Assembly: GCA_965371175.1 (NCBI GenBank)
Contig: CBDUXI010000001.1
Location: 26,336-90,335, forward strand
Reading direction: 5' to 3'
Length of the DNA stretch: 64,000 nucleotides
Origin: an uncultured bacterium
GTDB taxonomy: Bacteria; Nitrospirota; JACRHL01
Shown here: piece after piece, positions 48,899 through 58,638 of the stretch
Numbering within the stretch: the first letter of the stretch is position 1
How the letters are laid out: each line of letters opens with the position of its first letter
Program-made: the position numbers and the translations under genes
Notes under the pieces: generated by a model
The model's database searches: none
The model's input: the letters and a program-made list of their open reading frames with translations, nothing else
Told to the model about the DNA's origin: nothing

Positions 48899-50182
48899 AT
48901 GTCTGAAAACATCATCAAACGTCATCTGGATAACGGTATCCCCCTGCTGATGGAGCCGTTGGGCCATCTGCGCTCGGTATCCCTTGGTATCTGGGTGGAA
49001 ACCGGCTCACGGGACGAAAATCCGGACGAAAACGGCATCTCCCACTTTCTGGAGCATGTGTTCTTCAAGGGCACGCCCACCCGAACCGCCCTCCAGATTG
49101 CCGAACAGATGGACGCCACCGGTGGTGAGATCAACGCCTTTACCAGCCGGGAACAGACCGCTTTTTACATCAAGGCACTCAGCGACCGCATCGGCGAGTC
49201 CGCCGACCTGTTGCTGGATATATTTACCGCCGCCACCTTCCCCGAAGCGGAACTGGACCGGGAAAAACAGGTGGTGGTGGAAGAAATCCGCATGGTGGAG
49301 GACGAGCCGGAGGAGTGGGTACACGATCTGCACACGGCCCATGTATGGGGGGCGGATACGCCGTTGGGACGGAACATTCTGGGCACCGAACAGTCGGTCC
49401 GGGCTTTGAATCCGGAGGGAATCCGGGCCTACCTTGCCCGGCGCTACACCCCCGACCGGATTGTGGTCAGCGCCGCGGGCGGGTTTGACCCGGATGAACT
49501 GTTTACGCAAGTCAATGCCGCCATGGGGCGTCTGCCGGAAGAACAGGGCGAAAACGGGTCGGACCCGGTACCGGACATGGCCGCAAGGGGGGCTGTTTTG
49601 TACCCTAAAAAGCTGGAGCAGGTCCACATGTGCGTGGGCGGCCGGGGCCTTGCCCACGGACACCCAGACCGGTTTGGCATGTACGTACTGAACAACCTGC
49701 TGGGGGGCGGTTCCAGCTCGCGCCTGTTTCAGGAAATTCGCGAAAAACGGGGCCTGGCCTACTCGGTCTATTCGGGCCTTTCCGCCTACCGGGACTGTGG
49801 CGAGGTGACCGTCTATGCCGGGTGCGGGCCGGAATCAGCCGAACAGACGGCGGCGTTGATCGTAAAAGAAATCGACCGTATGTGTGAAACCAAAGTCACC
49901 GCTGCAGAACTGTCTCGCGCCAAGGGGCACCTGACCGGCATGGTGGTGATGGGGCTGGAAGGCACCTTTTCGCGCATGAGCCGTCTGGCCCAGGACGAAT
50001 TTCAGTACGGGCAGTCGCAGCCCATTGATATCATTCTGGAAGGTATTGACCGGGTGGATGCGGAAGCGGTGCAGCGGCTGGCCCGGCACGCCTTTGCCGC
50101 GCCGTACATGCGCGCCACCCTGTTAGGGACGATCGACTCGATTCCCGATGTTTTTTCAGGCGATATGTCGGCCATTTCCTGA
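48899..50182 (+). CDS. M16 family zinc peptidase
   Basis: HFLEH (HxxEH), NAFTSRE, SSRLFQEIREKRGLAYSV. Usual position after pnp. Confidence 0.93.
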   Translation: MSENIIKRHLDNGIPLLMEPLGHLRSVSLGIWVETGSRDENPDENGISHFLEHVFFKGTPTRTALQIAEQMDATGGEINAFTSREQTAFYIKALSDRIGESADLLLDIFTAATFPEAELDREKQVVVEEIRMVEDEPEEWVHDLHTAHVWGADTPLGRNILGTEQSVRALNPEGIRAYLARRYTPDRIVVSAAGGFDPDELFTQVNAAMGRLPEEQGENGSDPVPDMAARGAVLYPKKLEQVHMCVGGRGLAHGHPDRFGMYVLNNLLGGGSSSRLFQEIREKRGLAYSVYSGLSAYRDCGEVTVYAGCGPESAEQTAALIVKEIDRMCETKVTAAELSRAKGHLTGMVVMGLEGTFSRMSRLAQDEFQYGQSQPIDIILEGIDRVDAEAVQRLARHAFAAPYMRATLLGTIDSIPDVFSGDMSAIS

Positions 50183-50441
50183 CGGAAAAACTGCGCCGAA
50201 AACCCCACGGGTGTTCCGCCTGTTACGGGCAAGGCGCCCAATTCCGGATAGTTTGTGTTTAATTAATGCGCAATTCCGCCCATATGGCGCTTTGTGTGCG
50301 CCTTGACAGGTTTCGGGGAGTACCCATATTCTTGAAGTTGGCTACCACTGGCTGCGGGAAACGGGGTCGGGGTTTTTACCGGTCCTTGCCGGGTTGCCAC
50401 GCGGGGGCGTTCGCAGTTTCATAACGGGCGGCATTCGCAAT

Positions 50442-50467
50442 TTACAGCGCACGACTTACAGCGCACG
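50442..50467 (+). repeat. 12-bp direct repeat TTACAGCGCACG x2 just before the clpC RBS
   Basis: Exact copies at 50442-50453 and 50456-50467. Confidence 0.75.
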
Positions 50468-50476
50468 GGAGTACAC

Positions 50477-52906
50477 ATGTTCGAACGGTTTACCGACAGA
50501 GGGCGAAAAATCATCATTCTGGCCCGGGAAGAGTCGGAAAAGCATCATAACGATTACCTGGGCACCGAACACCTGGTGCTGGCTTTTTTAAGGGAAGGCG
50601 ACGGCATCGCCCTGGCCATCCTTAAAAAGATGGGGCTTTCCGCCGACCACATCAAGCTGGAGGTGGAGCGTAATCTGCCGTCCGGCGGCCAGAGCGTCAC
50701 GTTCGGCGAAATCCCGTTTACGCCCCGGGTCAAAAAGGTCATCGAATACGCCATTGAGGAAGCCCGCCTGCTGGGGCACAGCTATATCGGCAGCGAACAC
50801 CTGCTGCTGGGTATTTTGCGCGAGGAAGAAGGCATTGGCGGAAAAATCCTCCGCTCCCTGGGCGCCAACTTGCTGACCGCACGGCAACTGACCGTCAGTT
50901 TTTTAAGAAAAGCCGCCAACCGGGAAAAAGAAAAAAAGAGCAATACCCCGGCGCTGGACGAGTTCGGTCGCGACCTGACCCAGCTTGCCGCCGAGAGCGT
51001 GCTCGATCCGGTCATCGGCCGTGCCGACGAAATCGAGCGGCTGTTGCAGATACTCTCTCGCCGCTCCAAAAACAACCCGGTGCTGATTGGCGAGTCCGGC
51101 GTGGGCAAAACTGCCATCGTGGAAGGGCTGGCCCAGCGCATTATCGCAAGCGAGGTGCCGGACAACCTGCTCAACCGCAGGGTGATTGCCCTGGATCTGG
51201 GATCGCTGGTTGCGGGCACCAAGTACCGGGGCCAGTTTGAAGAGCGCCTCAAGGTGATCATGAAAGAGATCACCCAGGCCGGAAACATCATCATCTTTAT
51301 TGATGAACTCCACACCCTGGTGGGCGCGGGCGCGGCGGAAGGGTCCATCGACGCCTCCAACATGCTGAAACCGGCCCTGTCACGGGGAGAGATTCAGTGC
51401 ATCGGCGCGACCACCCTGGATGAGTACCACAAGCACATCGAAAAGGACGGTGCGTTAAAACGCCGCTTCCAGACCATCCATGTGGCACCGCCATCCATTG
51501 AAGACACCATTGAAATTATCACTACCCTGCGGGAACGGTACGAGGAACACCACCGGGTGGAGATTACCGACGATGCCATCAGCGAGGCGACCCGGCTGGC
51601 CGACCGCTATATTACCGACCGGTTCCTGCCGGACAAGGCCATTGACGTGATTGACGAAGCCGGTGCCCGGGCCAAGCTGGAGTATTACTCCCTGCCCGAA
51701 AGCCTCAAGTCGATCAAGGCGGAGCTCAAGCGTGTCTCCAAGGAAAAGGAGATGTCCATCACCCTGCAAAACTTTGAGCAGGCGGTGCGCTTCCGGGAGG
51801 AAGAGGAACGCTTGAAAAAGCTGCTGGACGACGAAAAAGAGCAGTGGAAGAAGCAGCAGGAAGAGCAAAAACCGGTGATTGCCAAGAATGAGGTGGCCTA
51901 CGTGGTCTCCAAGATGACCGGCATTCCCCTGCAGCGGATGGAAGAGGCGGAAACCCAGAAGCTCATCCGCATGTCCGAAGAGTTGCACAAGCGCATTGTC
52001 GGTCAGGACGAGGCTATCGATGCGGTGTCTCAGGCCGTCCGGCGCTCCCGCGCGGGGCTCAAGGATGCCGACAAGCCGATCGGCACCTTTATCTTCTTAG
52101 GCCCCACCGGTGTGGGAAAAACCGAGCTGGCGCGGGGTCTGGCCGAATTTTTGTTCGACGACGAGGACTCGCTGATCCGCGTGGATATGTCGGAGTACAT
52201 GGAACGGTTTTCCGGCTCCCGCCTTACCGGTGCGCCTCCGGGTTACGTGGGCTACGAAGAGGGTGGGCAGCTGACCGAAAAGGTGCGCCGCAGGCCGTAC
52301 TCGGTGGTGCTGTTCGACGAGATCGAAAAGGCCCATCCGGACATGTTCAACATGCTGTTGCAGGTGCTCGATGACGGGCAACTCACCGACGGCCTGGGCC
52401 GCAAGGTGGATTTCCGCAACACGGTGATCATCATGACCTCCAACGTGGGTGCCCGTATGATTGACGGCGATACCCACGTGGGCTTCAAGCGCCAGACTTC
52501 CGAGGAAGTGTTCAAGCGCATCCGCGAAGACGTTTCCGGCGAACTCAAGCGCACTTTCAACCCGGAGTTTTTAAACCGGGTGGACGAGACGGTGATCTTC
52601 CACCAACTGGAAAAGGAACACCTGATCGAAATCGTTGGCATGCAACTGGCCAAACTGGCCCAGCGGGTCAAGGAGCAGGAGCTCGATTTGACCGTGGACG
52701 ACGATGTGCGCGAGTGGATTACGGAAAAAGGGTACGATCCGGCCTACGGCGCGCGTCCCATGCGCCGGGTGATCCAGAAGTTTATCGAGGCGCCCCTGTC
52801 CGACGAAATCATCCGGGGCACTTTCAAAAATACCAGCCACATCCGCGTTTACCTCAAGGACGGCGATATCGCCTTCAAGGAGGAAGAGGCGCTGGCCAAG
52901 GTGTAA
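50477..52906 (+). CDS. clpC: ATP-dependent Clp protease ATP-binding subunit ClpC
   Basis: Clp-N repeats, GESGVGKT, a UVR-like M domain, [17 protein letters not shown]. Confidence 0.95.
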   Translation: MFERFTDRGRKIIILAREESEKHHNDYLGTEHLVLAFLREGDGIALAILKKMGLSADHIKLEVERNLPSGGQSVTFGEIPFTPRVKKVIEYAIEEARLLGHSYIGSEHLLLGILREEEGIGGKILRSLGANLLTARQLTVSFLRKAANREKEKKSNTPALDEFGRDLTQLAAESVLDPVIGRADEIERLLQILSRRSKNNPVLIGESGVGKTAIVEGLAQRIIASEVPDNLLNRRVIALDLGSLVAGTKYRGQFEERLKVIMKEITQAGNIIIFIDELHTLVGAGAAEGSIDASNMLKPALSRGEIQCIGATTLDEYHKHIEKDGALKRRFQTIHVAPPSIEDTIEIITTLRERYEEHHRVEITDDAISEATRLADRYITDRFLPDKAIDVIDEAGARAKLEYYSLPESLKSIKAELKRVSKEKEMSITLQNFEQAVRFREEEERLKKLLDDEKEQWKKQQEEQKPVIAKNEVAYVVSKMTGIPLQRMEEAETQKLIRMSEELHKRIVGQDEAIDAVSQAVRRSRAGLKDADKPIGTFIFLGPTGVGKTELARGLAEFLFDDEDSLIRVDMSEYMERFSGSRLTGAPPGYVGYEEGGQLTEKVRRRPYSVVLFDEIEKAHPDMFNMLLQVLDDGQLTDGLGRKVDFRNTVIIMTSNVGARMIDGDTHVGFKRQTSEEVFKRIREDVSGELKRTFNPEFLNRVDETVIFHQLEKEHLIEIVGMQLAKLAQRVKEQELDLTVDDDVREWITEKGYDPAYGARPMRRVIQKFIEAPLSDEIIRGTFKNTSHIRVYLKDGDIAFKEEEALAKV

Positions 52907-52988
52907 CCCGGCCCACAAACCGGCGCAAAAACAAGGTGCGGCCCGCAGATTTTATGGCAAACCTGCGGGCCGTTTCCGTACCGCCCTC

Positions 52989-53017
52989 TTGACGCATTTT
53001 TGCAAAACCACTACGAT
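52989..53017 (+). promoter_or_regulatory. sigma70 promoter with an internal palindrome TTTTGCAAAA
   Basis: TTGACG-17 nt-TACGAT; palindrome at 52998-53007. Confidence 0.6.
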
Positions 53018-53109
53018 CTAAGCCTTCTTTTGACAAGTCAGCCGTGTGACCTGTGCGGGGAATTTGGGGAGCTCGGCGGGAGCCACGGCATCTGGAGTGA
53101 GGAACGATA

Positions 53110-53679
53110 ATGTTCGCGGGTGCGTTTAAAAAAATTGGGGTTGTTACATCATTTGCATTGCTGCTGGGGCTGCCGGGCACCAGCCTTGCCCAGCAGTTTG
53201 AGACGAAAATCGTCCCGCCGCCCACCTATGCCGAGGTGGTGGTGGAGACGCTCAACGTTCGCGGGGCCGCAGGCAAAGACGGTGCGTTGATTATCAAACT
53301 ACGCAAGGGCGATTTGGTGCCGATCAAGAAGGTGAAAGACGGCTGGGTGCGGCTGGCCTGGTCGGGCAAGGCGTATGTGTTTGAGCAGGGCGTCAAAATA
53401 CCGGAAGGCACCATCAACAAGCGGCCCATGTATGAGCGCATGCGCGACGCATTCCTGGCCCGAATTCGGGAGATGGACTCCACCATCCAGTGGGTGGAAA
53501 TACCCCGTGAGAGCGGCATTTCGGTGCGCTATCACTGGCGGGAATACAAGGACCGGGCGGCCCTGATTGCGCGGACGGAGGAGCTGGCCCGTATCTACTC
53601 CACCATGAGCACGGGTGAAAAAGGCATCACCGTCGATATCATCAGTGGTGCAGACGTCTGGGGAAAAGCATTTTACTAA
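53110..53679 (+). CDS. Secreted SH3b-domain protein
   Basis: Signal peptide (SLA/QQ), then LNVRG...LRKGD...DGWVRL. Confidence 0.78.
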   Translation: MFAGAFKKIGVVTSFALLLGLPGTSLAQQFETKIVPPPTYAEVVVETLNVRGAAGKDGALIIKLRKGDLVPIKKVKDGWVRLAWSGKAYVFEQGVKIPEGTINKRPMYERMRDAFLARIREMDSTIQWVEIPRESGISVRYHWREYKDRAALIARTEELARIYSTMSTGEKGITVDIISGADVWGKAFY

Positions 53680-53804
53680 AAAACCGTCGGGAGCAGTCCG
53701 ATTGCGGCGTTGGGCGGGTGCTCGACCCCTCGCCTATCGACTGATATGTCTTCGGGCTCTGCGCTCCGCCCGCCTTGCACTCGAACCGCTCACGACGGTT
53801 TTTT
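53678..53804. repeat. 127-bp palindromic intergenic element (ERIC/IRU-like MITE)
   Basis: Terminal inverted arms match at 21/24 (AAAAAACCGTCG.GAGC.GT.CGA). Begins inside the upstream TAA stop codon. Confidence 0.75.
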
Positions 53805-53829
53805 GGAGGTGCACAAATAGCGATTACAG

Positions 53830-53868
53830 CGCGGCTCCTTCCACCAGCGAAGGGGCCGCGTTTTTTTT
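53830..53868 (+). terminator. Rho-independent terminator
   Basis: CGCGGCTCCTTC-loop-GAAGGGGCCGCG-T8. Confidence 0.75.
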
Positions 53869-54235
53869 ATCCCTCGATAAAGCTCAATACCCCGTTCAGG
53901 ATCGGGTGGTCGGCCTCGTTTAAGCCAACGAACTCCACGCTGACCTTGTGGCGGTCACCCAAGGGGGAAACCCGCTTGATGATGGCGTTGACAAACTCCA
54001 CCGGCGATTCGCCCTCTTCTGCGCCGTCCGGGCCGCATTCATCGGCCACCACCGGGTCAAAGTGGACACAGACGGTGACCTGACTGTCGAGGGGCAGGGG
54101 GGAATCCACTTCGAGGGCAAGCCCGCCACGGCTCATGTCCACGGGATATCCGTTTAGCGGCTCGCCGCCATCTTCCGGAAAAATTTCTGTATAGGGGGCC
54201 AGGCTTTCGCGCCTGAATTTACGCCGTTCCTTCAT
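53867..54235 (-). CDS. PilZ domain protein (c-di-GMP binding)
   Basis: ERRKFRR (RxxxR) and DMSRGG (DxSxxG). Starts at MKERR, overlapping the end of glgP. Confidence 0.8.
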   Translation of the reverse strand: MKERRKFRRESLAPYTEIFPEDGGEPLNGYPVDMSRGGLALEVDSPLPLDSQVTVCVHFDPVVADECGPDGAEEGESPVEFVNAIIKRVSPLGDRHKVSVEFVGLNEADHPILNGVLSFIEG

Positions 54236-56909
54236 TATCCGTACCTTCTCCGGGGGGGGTTGCGGCGGCGTGCGCCGGTGTTTCATGCATCTTTTTTTTG
54301 GGGGATGGCGGCTCATCTTCCGAGCCGTGCATCCAGCAAACCAGACCCATTTCGTATGGGTGGACCAGTTCCGGATGGTGGGGCGTAACCCGCACGGTGA
54401 TGGAATAGCTGCCGCTGTCCGGGGGGACGAACTTTCCCGCAAACGGGGTGGTTTTTCCCTTTTTGCCGTCTGCTTGCACGCTCATGGCGACGCGGAAACA
54501 GCTTTCTCCGGCATCCTGGTGCCCCATATCCACGATGTAGGCTTCCACCCGCACGTCGCTTACGTCAATGTGTCCCAGGGTGGCCTGGGCCCGGACCTCA
54601 ATTTCGTCTCCATAGGTGGCGATGGCCGGAACGTCGTGATCTTTGGACCAGTCCAGTTTCACTTCCTGCCAGTGTTTGCGGATGGATGTCTTCCAGCTGG
54701 ACAGGTCACGGGCTAACTGGTGGTTGTTTTCTGTCAGGCGCCGCCCCTTGGCGATGGCCGGAAAGTAGAAGCGGCGGGCGTAGTCCGCCACCATGCGGTC
54801 GGTGTTGAAGCGCGGCGGGATGGTTTTCATGGAGGCTTTGGACACCCGCATCCACTCGTCCGGAATGCCCTGTGAGTTACGCAGGTAGTACAGGGGGACG
54901 ATGGCCTCTTCCAGGGTCTGGTAGAAGCTCATGGCGTCCTGCTCGGTCTGGCGTTTATCGTTGTCCGAGTCCCGCTCGTCACCGATATTCCAGCCGTTTA
55001 CCCCGTGCTCGGCGGCCTCGCACCACCAGCCGTCCAGCACGCTGAAGTTGATGCCGCCGTTCATGCTGGCCTTCATACCGCTGGTGCCGCTGGCCTCAAA
55101 CGGCCTGCGCGGGGTGTTCAGCCACACGTCCACGCCGGAGACCAGATAACGGGCGATGCTGATATCGTACCCTTCCACCAGCACCACACGGCCCTTGAAC
55201 GGTTCCTGCCGGGACAGGTCGTGGATTTCCTTGAGCAGTTCCTGACCGGGGATATCCGCCGGGTGGGCTTTGCCTGCAAAGATGAACTGCACCGGCTGTT
55301 CGGAATTGCTGACGATGCGCTTCAGCCGTTCCAGATCGTGCAGCAGCAGGGTGGAACGCTTGTATGTGGTAAAGCGGCGGGCAAAGCCGATGGTCAGGAT
55401 GTTGGGGTCCAACAGGTGATCCACGGCGCGGATGGCGGCGGCGCCTTCGCCGTTTCTAATCAACTGGGCCACGGTGCGCTCGCGGATGCGCTCGATCATG
55501 CGGCGTTTCAGGTTTTGCCGCACCCCCCACAACAGGCCGTCGGGGATACGGTCCACCGCTTCCCAGAACTTAGGCTTGGAAAGGTTCCCGCGCCACTCCT
55601 GCCCCAGGTGCTGATCGAACAGGTCCATCATTTCGGGGGCCAGCCAGGAAAAGGAGTGTACCCCGTTGGTGATGTAGGAAATCGGGTTTTCCTCGGCCGG
55701 AATACCGGGCCAGATGTCTTTCCACATGTTGCTGGATACGGTGCCGTGCAAGCGGCTGACGCCGTTGCACCAGCTGGAAAGGTTCAGGGCCAGCACGGTC
55801 AGCGAAAATACTTCGTGCCCCTCGGGCATGACTTCGAGGCCCAGCTCCAGGAACTCGTGCCGCTTCAAGCCCATGTCTTCCCAGTAAACCCGGAAATATT
55901 TGTCTTTCAGATTGAGCGGGAAGGCGTCGTGACCTGCGGCAACCGGTGTATGGGTGGTAAAGATGGTGGTGGCGCGCACCATTTCCAGGGCCTCGCAAAA
56001 CGACAGTCCTGCCATGCGTACCAACTGGCGGATGCGCTCCAGCCCCAGAAATACCGAGTGACCCTCGTTCATGTGCCAGACGGAAGGTTCAACCCCCAGG
56101 GCTGTCAGCGCCCGTACCCCGCCCATCCCCAGGACGATTTCCTGGCAGATACGCATTTCCATGTCGCCGCCGTACAGCTGATGGGTGATCAGCCGGTCGT
56201 GCAGGGCGTTTTCGGGGATATCGGTATCCAGCAGGTAGATCGGATTGCGCCCGACCCGGGCTTCCCACACCTTGACGTGCACCGTGCGGTTTTCGATTTC
56301 CACCGGCACGATGATCGGTTTTCCCGCGGAATCCACCACGTCGTACACCGGCATTTCGGAGAAGTCGTGCTCCTCGTACACGTCGTGTTGCTGGCCGTCA
56401 CTATCGATGTGCTGGGTAAAATACCCCTTGCGGTACAACAGGCCCATGGCCACGAACGGCAAGCCCATGTCGGATGCGCTCTTGCAATGGTCGCCCGCAA
56501 GCACCCCCAGTCCGCCGGAGAAGATGGGCAGACTTTCATGCACACCGAATTCTGCGGAAAAATAGGCGATGGTGCCCTGGAACGGATCGGCGCATTCGTC
56601 CGCATACCAGTTGTGTTCGTCCGAGGCGTACAGGTCGAACGCCGCCATGATGCGGTTGTAATGTTCCAGATAGGTGCGGTCGCGGGAGGCGTTCGAAAGC
56701 TTTTTCTGGCTGACGCTACGCAAAAACAGGATGGGGTTGTGCCCCATGCGCCGCCACAGGTCGCGGTCGAGGCGATAAAACAGTGCGCGGGCATCGGCGT
56801 TCCAGGAGAACCACAGGTTCCTGGCCAGTGCCTCCAGTCGACTGATGGGTTCGGGCAGGGTGGGGCGGACTTCCACCTGCCGATGCGCTGGTGTTCCCTT
56901 TGGGGTCAT
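54219..56909 (-). CDS. glgP: Alpha-glucan (glycogen/maltodextrin) phosphorylase
   Basis: AYFSAEFG, SGGLGVLAGDH, MNEGH, FAGKAHP, EASGTSGMKA (PLP lysine). Confidence 0.96.
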   Translation of the reverse strand: MTPKGTPAHRQVEVRPTLPEPISRLEALARNLWFSWNADARALFYRLDRDLWRRMGHNPILFLRSVSQKKLSNASRDRTYLEHYNRIMAAFDLYASDEHNWYADECADPFQGTIAYFSAEFGVHESLPIFSGGLGVLAGDHCKSASDMGLPFVAMGLLYRKGYFTQHIDSDGQQHDVYEEHDFSEMPVYDVVDSAGKPIIVPVEIENRTVHVKVWEARVGRNPIYLLDTDIPENALHDRLITHQLYGGDMEMRICQEIVLGMGGVRALTALGVEPSVWHMNEGHSVFLGLERIRQLVRMAGLSFCEALEMVRATTIFTTHTPVAAGHDAFPLNLKDKYFRVYWEDMGLKRHEFLELGLEVMPEGHEVFSLTVLALNLSSWCNGVSRLHGTVSSNMWKDIWPGIPAEENPISYITNGVHSFSWLAPEMMDLFDQHLGQEWRGNLSKPKFWEAVDRIPDGLLWGVRQNLKRRMIERIRERTVAQLIRNGEGAAAIRAVDHLLDPNILTIGFARRFTTYKRSTLLLHDLERLKRIVSNSEQPVQFIFAGKAHPADIPGQELLKEIHDLSRQEPFKGRVVLVEGYDISIARYLVSGVDVWLNTPRRPFEASGTSGMKASMNGGINFSVLDGWWCEAAEHGVNGWNIGDERDSDNDKRQTEQDAMSFYQTLEEAIVPLYYLRNSQGIPDEWMRVSKASMKTIPPRFNTDRMVADYARRFYFPAIAKGRRLTENNHQLARDLSSWKTSIRKHWQEVKLDWSKDHDVPAIATYGDEIEVRAQATLGHIDVSDVRVEAYIVDMGHQDAGESCFRVAMSVQADGKKGKTTPFAGKFVPPDSGSYSITVRVTPHHPELVHPYEMGLVCWMHGSEDEPPSPKKKMHETPAHAAATPPGEGTDNEGTA

Positions 56910-57019
56910 GCTGGACTTGCTTTCATTTGCATAGAGGCCGGAGCCGGGAAATGCCTATATTACAATGAGTGTTGCCCATTTCCTACCCCATATCGCAATC
57001 GATTGCTGCCATAAGCACA

Positions 57020-58144
57020 TCATAGTGCGGCGGCGGCCTCCTGCATATGCCGGGACAGCCGGGGCACCCCCAATTTCCCAAGATAGACCACAATCGCAGG
57101 TACCGCCAGTGCAGCGGCGGGAAACAGGATGATCGCCGCCCCGGCAAGTGTGCCAAAAAGCAACGAAATGACCCCGTGCAGGGGCGGTTTTCCTTCTCCT
57201 TCCATGATGCAGGCACCGGTCAGCATGCCCACGGCGGCCCCCAACAGCGGGCACAGCAGGGTGGCAGATAGAGACAGGGAGTGCCATACCGCAGCCCCGA
57301 CCATGCCGGGCAGCAGGCCAAGGAGCGCGCCGACCCCCACCTTGGCGCGCCACAGGGTGACCGCAGGGACCCCTGCATCCAGTTCCGCCCACAAGGACGG
57401 GGTTTGATAGCGCAACAGGGGGGCGGTCAGGGAGGCGAGCGCCCAGGCGGCAATAATGACCGCAAACAGCCCGGCATTTGCCGCCTGCGCCCCACCGGAA
57501 AGCGCCCGCTCCACGGTGGCCGTGAGCGCCGTGATGCACAACACCACGTAAATTCCCGCACGGGAAGAGAACCCCCGGGCCGCAAGCAAAAGATCGCGCC
57601 GCACATGGGGCCTGAGCCGTGCGGGCGTGCAGGCGCCGTACAGCAAGACCAGGCGGGTGACCAATGTGCGGATGAACAAAACACCGGGGAGCGTCCGCCG
57701 GGGCCGCTGTCCGGGCACGGCGGCCAGCGCGCACACCAGCAGCAGCGCAAGAAGGGAAAAAAAGCGCGGGCGTCCGCCCCCCGTGGCCTGGACTGCCACG
57801 AGCATCACCAGCCCGAACGGCAGCAGCCGAAACAGCCCTCGCAGATAGCGGTCCAGCCTGAGTACAGAGGCAGGTAGCGGCAGGGTCAGCAGCAGATCGG
57901 CATCGGTGCGCGCAGCCAGCCTGCGGCTGGACATCACTCCCACGCACAGGGCGATGCCCCAAACAAAAGCTTCTGTAGCGGGTTCTACGGGGGTGGGGAT
58001 CAGATCGTGGAGTACCCGGACAAACAAGAGCAGGCCGACGCCCCCCACCAACGGCCCTAAAAACAGGTATACGGCGGCGTTTTCCCGGATGTTCCGGCCC
58101 AGGGCAGTCAGGCGCAGGCGGAGCAGTGCGGAAAGTGGATGCAT
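57020..58144 (-). CDS. Multi-pass membrane protein (ABC-exporter permease-like)
   Basis: About 10 hydrophobic segments in two halves; no ATPase gene nearby. Confidence 0.6.
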   Translation of the reverse strand: MHPLSALLRLRLTALGRNIRENAAVYLFLGPLVGGVGLLLFVRVLHDLIPTPVEPATEAFVWGIALCVGVMSSRRLAARTDADLLLTLPLPASVLRLDRYLRGLFRLLPFGLVMLVAVQATGGGRPRFFSLLALLLVCALAAVPGQRPRRTLPGVLFIRTLVTRLVLLYGACTPARLRPHVRRDLLLAARGFSSRAGIYVVLCITALTATVERALSGGAQAANAGLFAVIIAAWALASLTAPLLRYQTPSLWAELDAGVPAVTLWRAKVGVGALLGLLPGMVGAAVWHSLSLSATLLCPLLGAAVGMLTGACIMEGEGKPPLHGVISLLFGTLAGAAIILFPAAALAVPAIVVYLGKLGVPRLSRHMQEAAAAL

Positions 58145-58157
58145 GGACCCGGGTTGC

Positions 58158-58628
58158 CTACCCCTCGGCCAGTTGCAGGATGATTTTCCACTCATCGGCG
58201 GTGACCGGTTGCACCGATAGGCGCATGCCCCGTTGCACCAGCTTCATGTTTTCCAGCCCCGGCGTCTGTTTGAGTTCGCTCAGGGTGAGGCAGCGGGAAA
58301 ATTCCCGCACGAATTTTACGTCCACCATTTTCCAGCGGGGGTTGTCCGGATCGCTTTTGGGGTCGTAATGCTCGTCGGTGGGGTCAAACGCGGTGTGGTC
58401 CGTGTACCCTTCCCGTACCACTTCAGCCAGCCCCACCACCCCGGTGGGTTTGGCGTTGCTGTGATAAAACAGCACGCCGTCGCCTTTTTTCATGTCGTCG
58501 CGCATGAAGTTTCTGGCCTGATAGTTACGCACCCCGTCCCAGCAGGCGGTGGCGTCCGGCTCTTTTTGCAGGTCGCCGATGGAGTAGCACCCCGGCTCGC
58601 TTTTCATCAGCCAGTATCGGCGGGACAT
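58158..58628 (-). CDS. EVE domain protein
   Basis: YWLMKSEP, WDGVRNYQARN, FYHSN, RLSVQPV. Confidence 0.93.
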   Translation of the reverse strand: MSRRYWLMKSEPGCYSIGDLQKEPDATACWDGVRNYQARNFMRDDMKKGDGVLFYHSNAKPTGVVGLAEVVREGYTDHTAFDPTDEHYDPKSDPDNPRWKMVDVKFVREFSRCLTLSELKQTPGLENMKLVQRGMRLSVQPVTADEWKIILQLAEG

Positions 58629-58638
58629 GGGCGTTTGG

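Noticed and set aside
52938-53000. c-di-GMP-I riboswitch (GGCAAACC...GACGCA)
   Set aside because: Lacks the GAAA tetraloop and P2 geometry; better explained as the clpC terminator hairpin plus a promoter.
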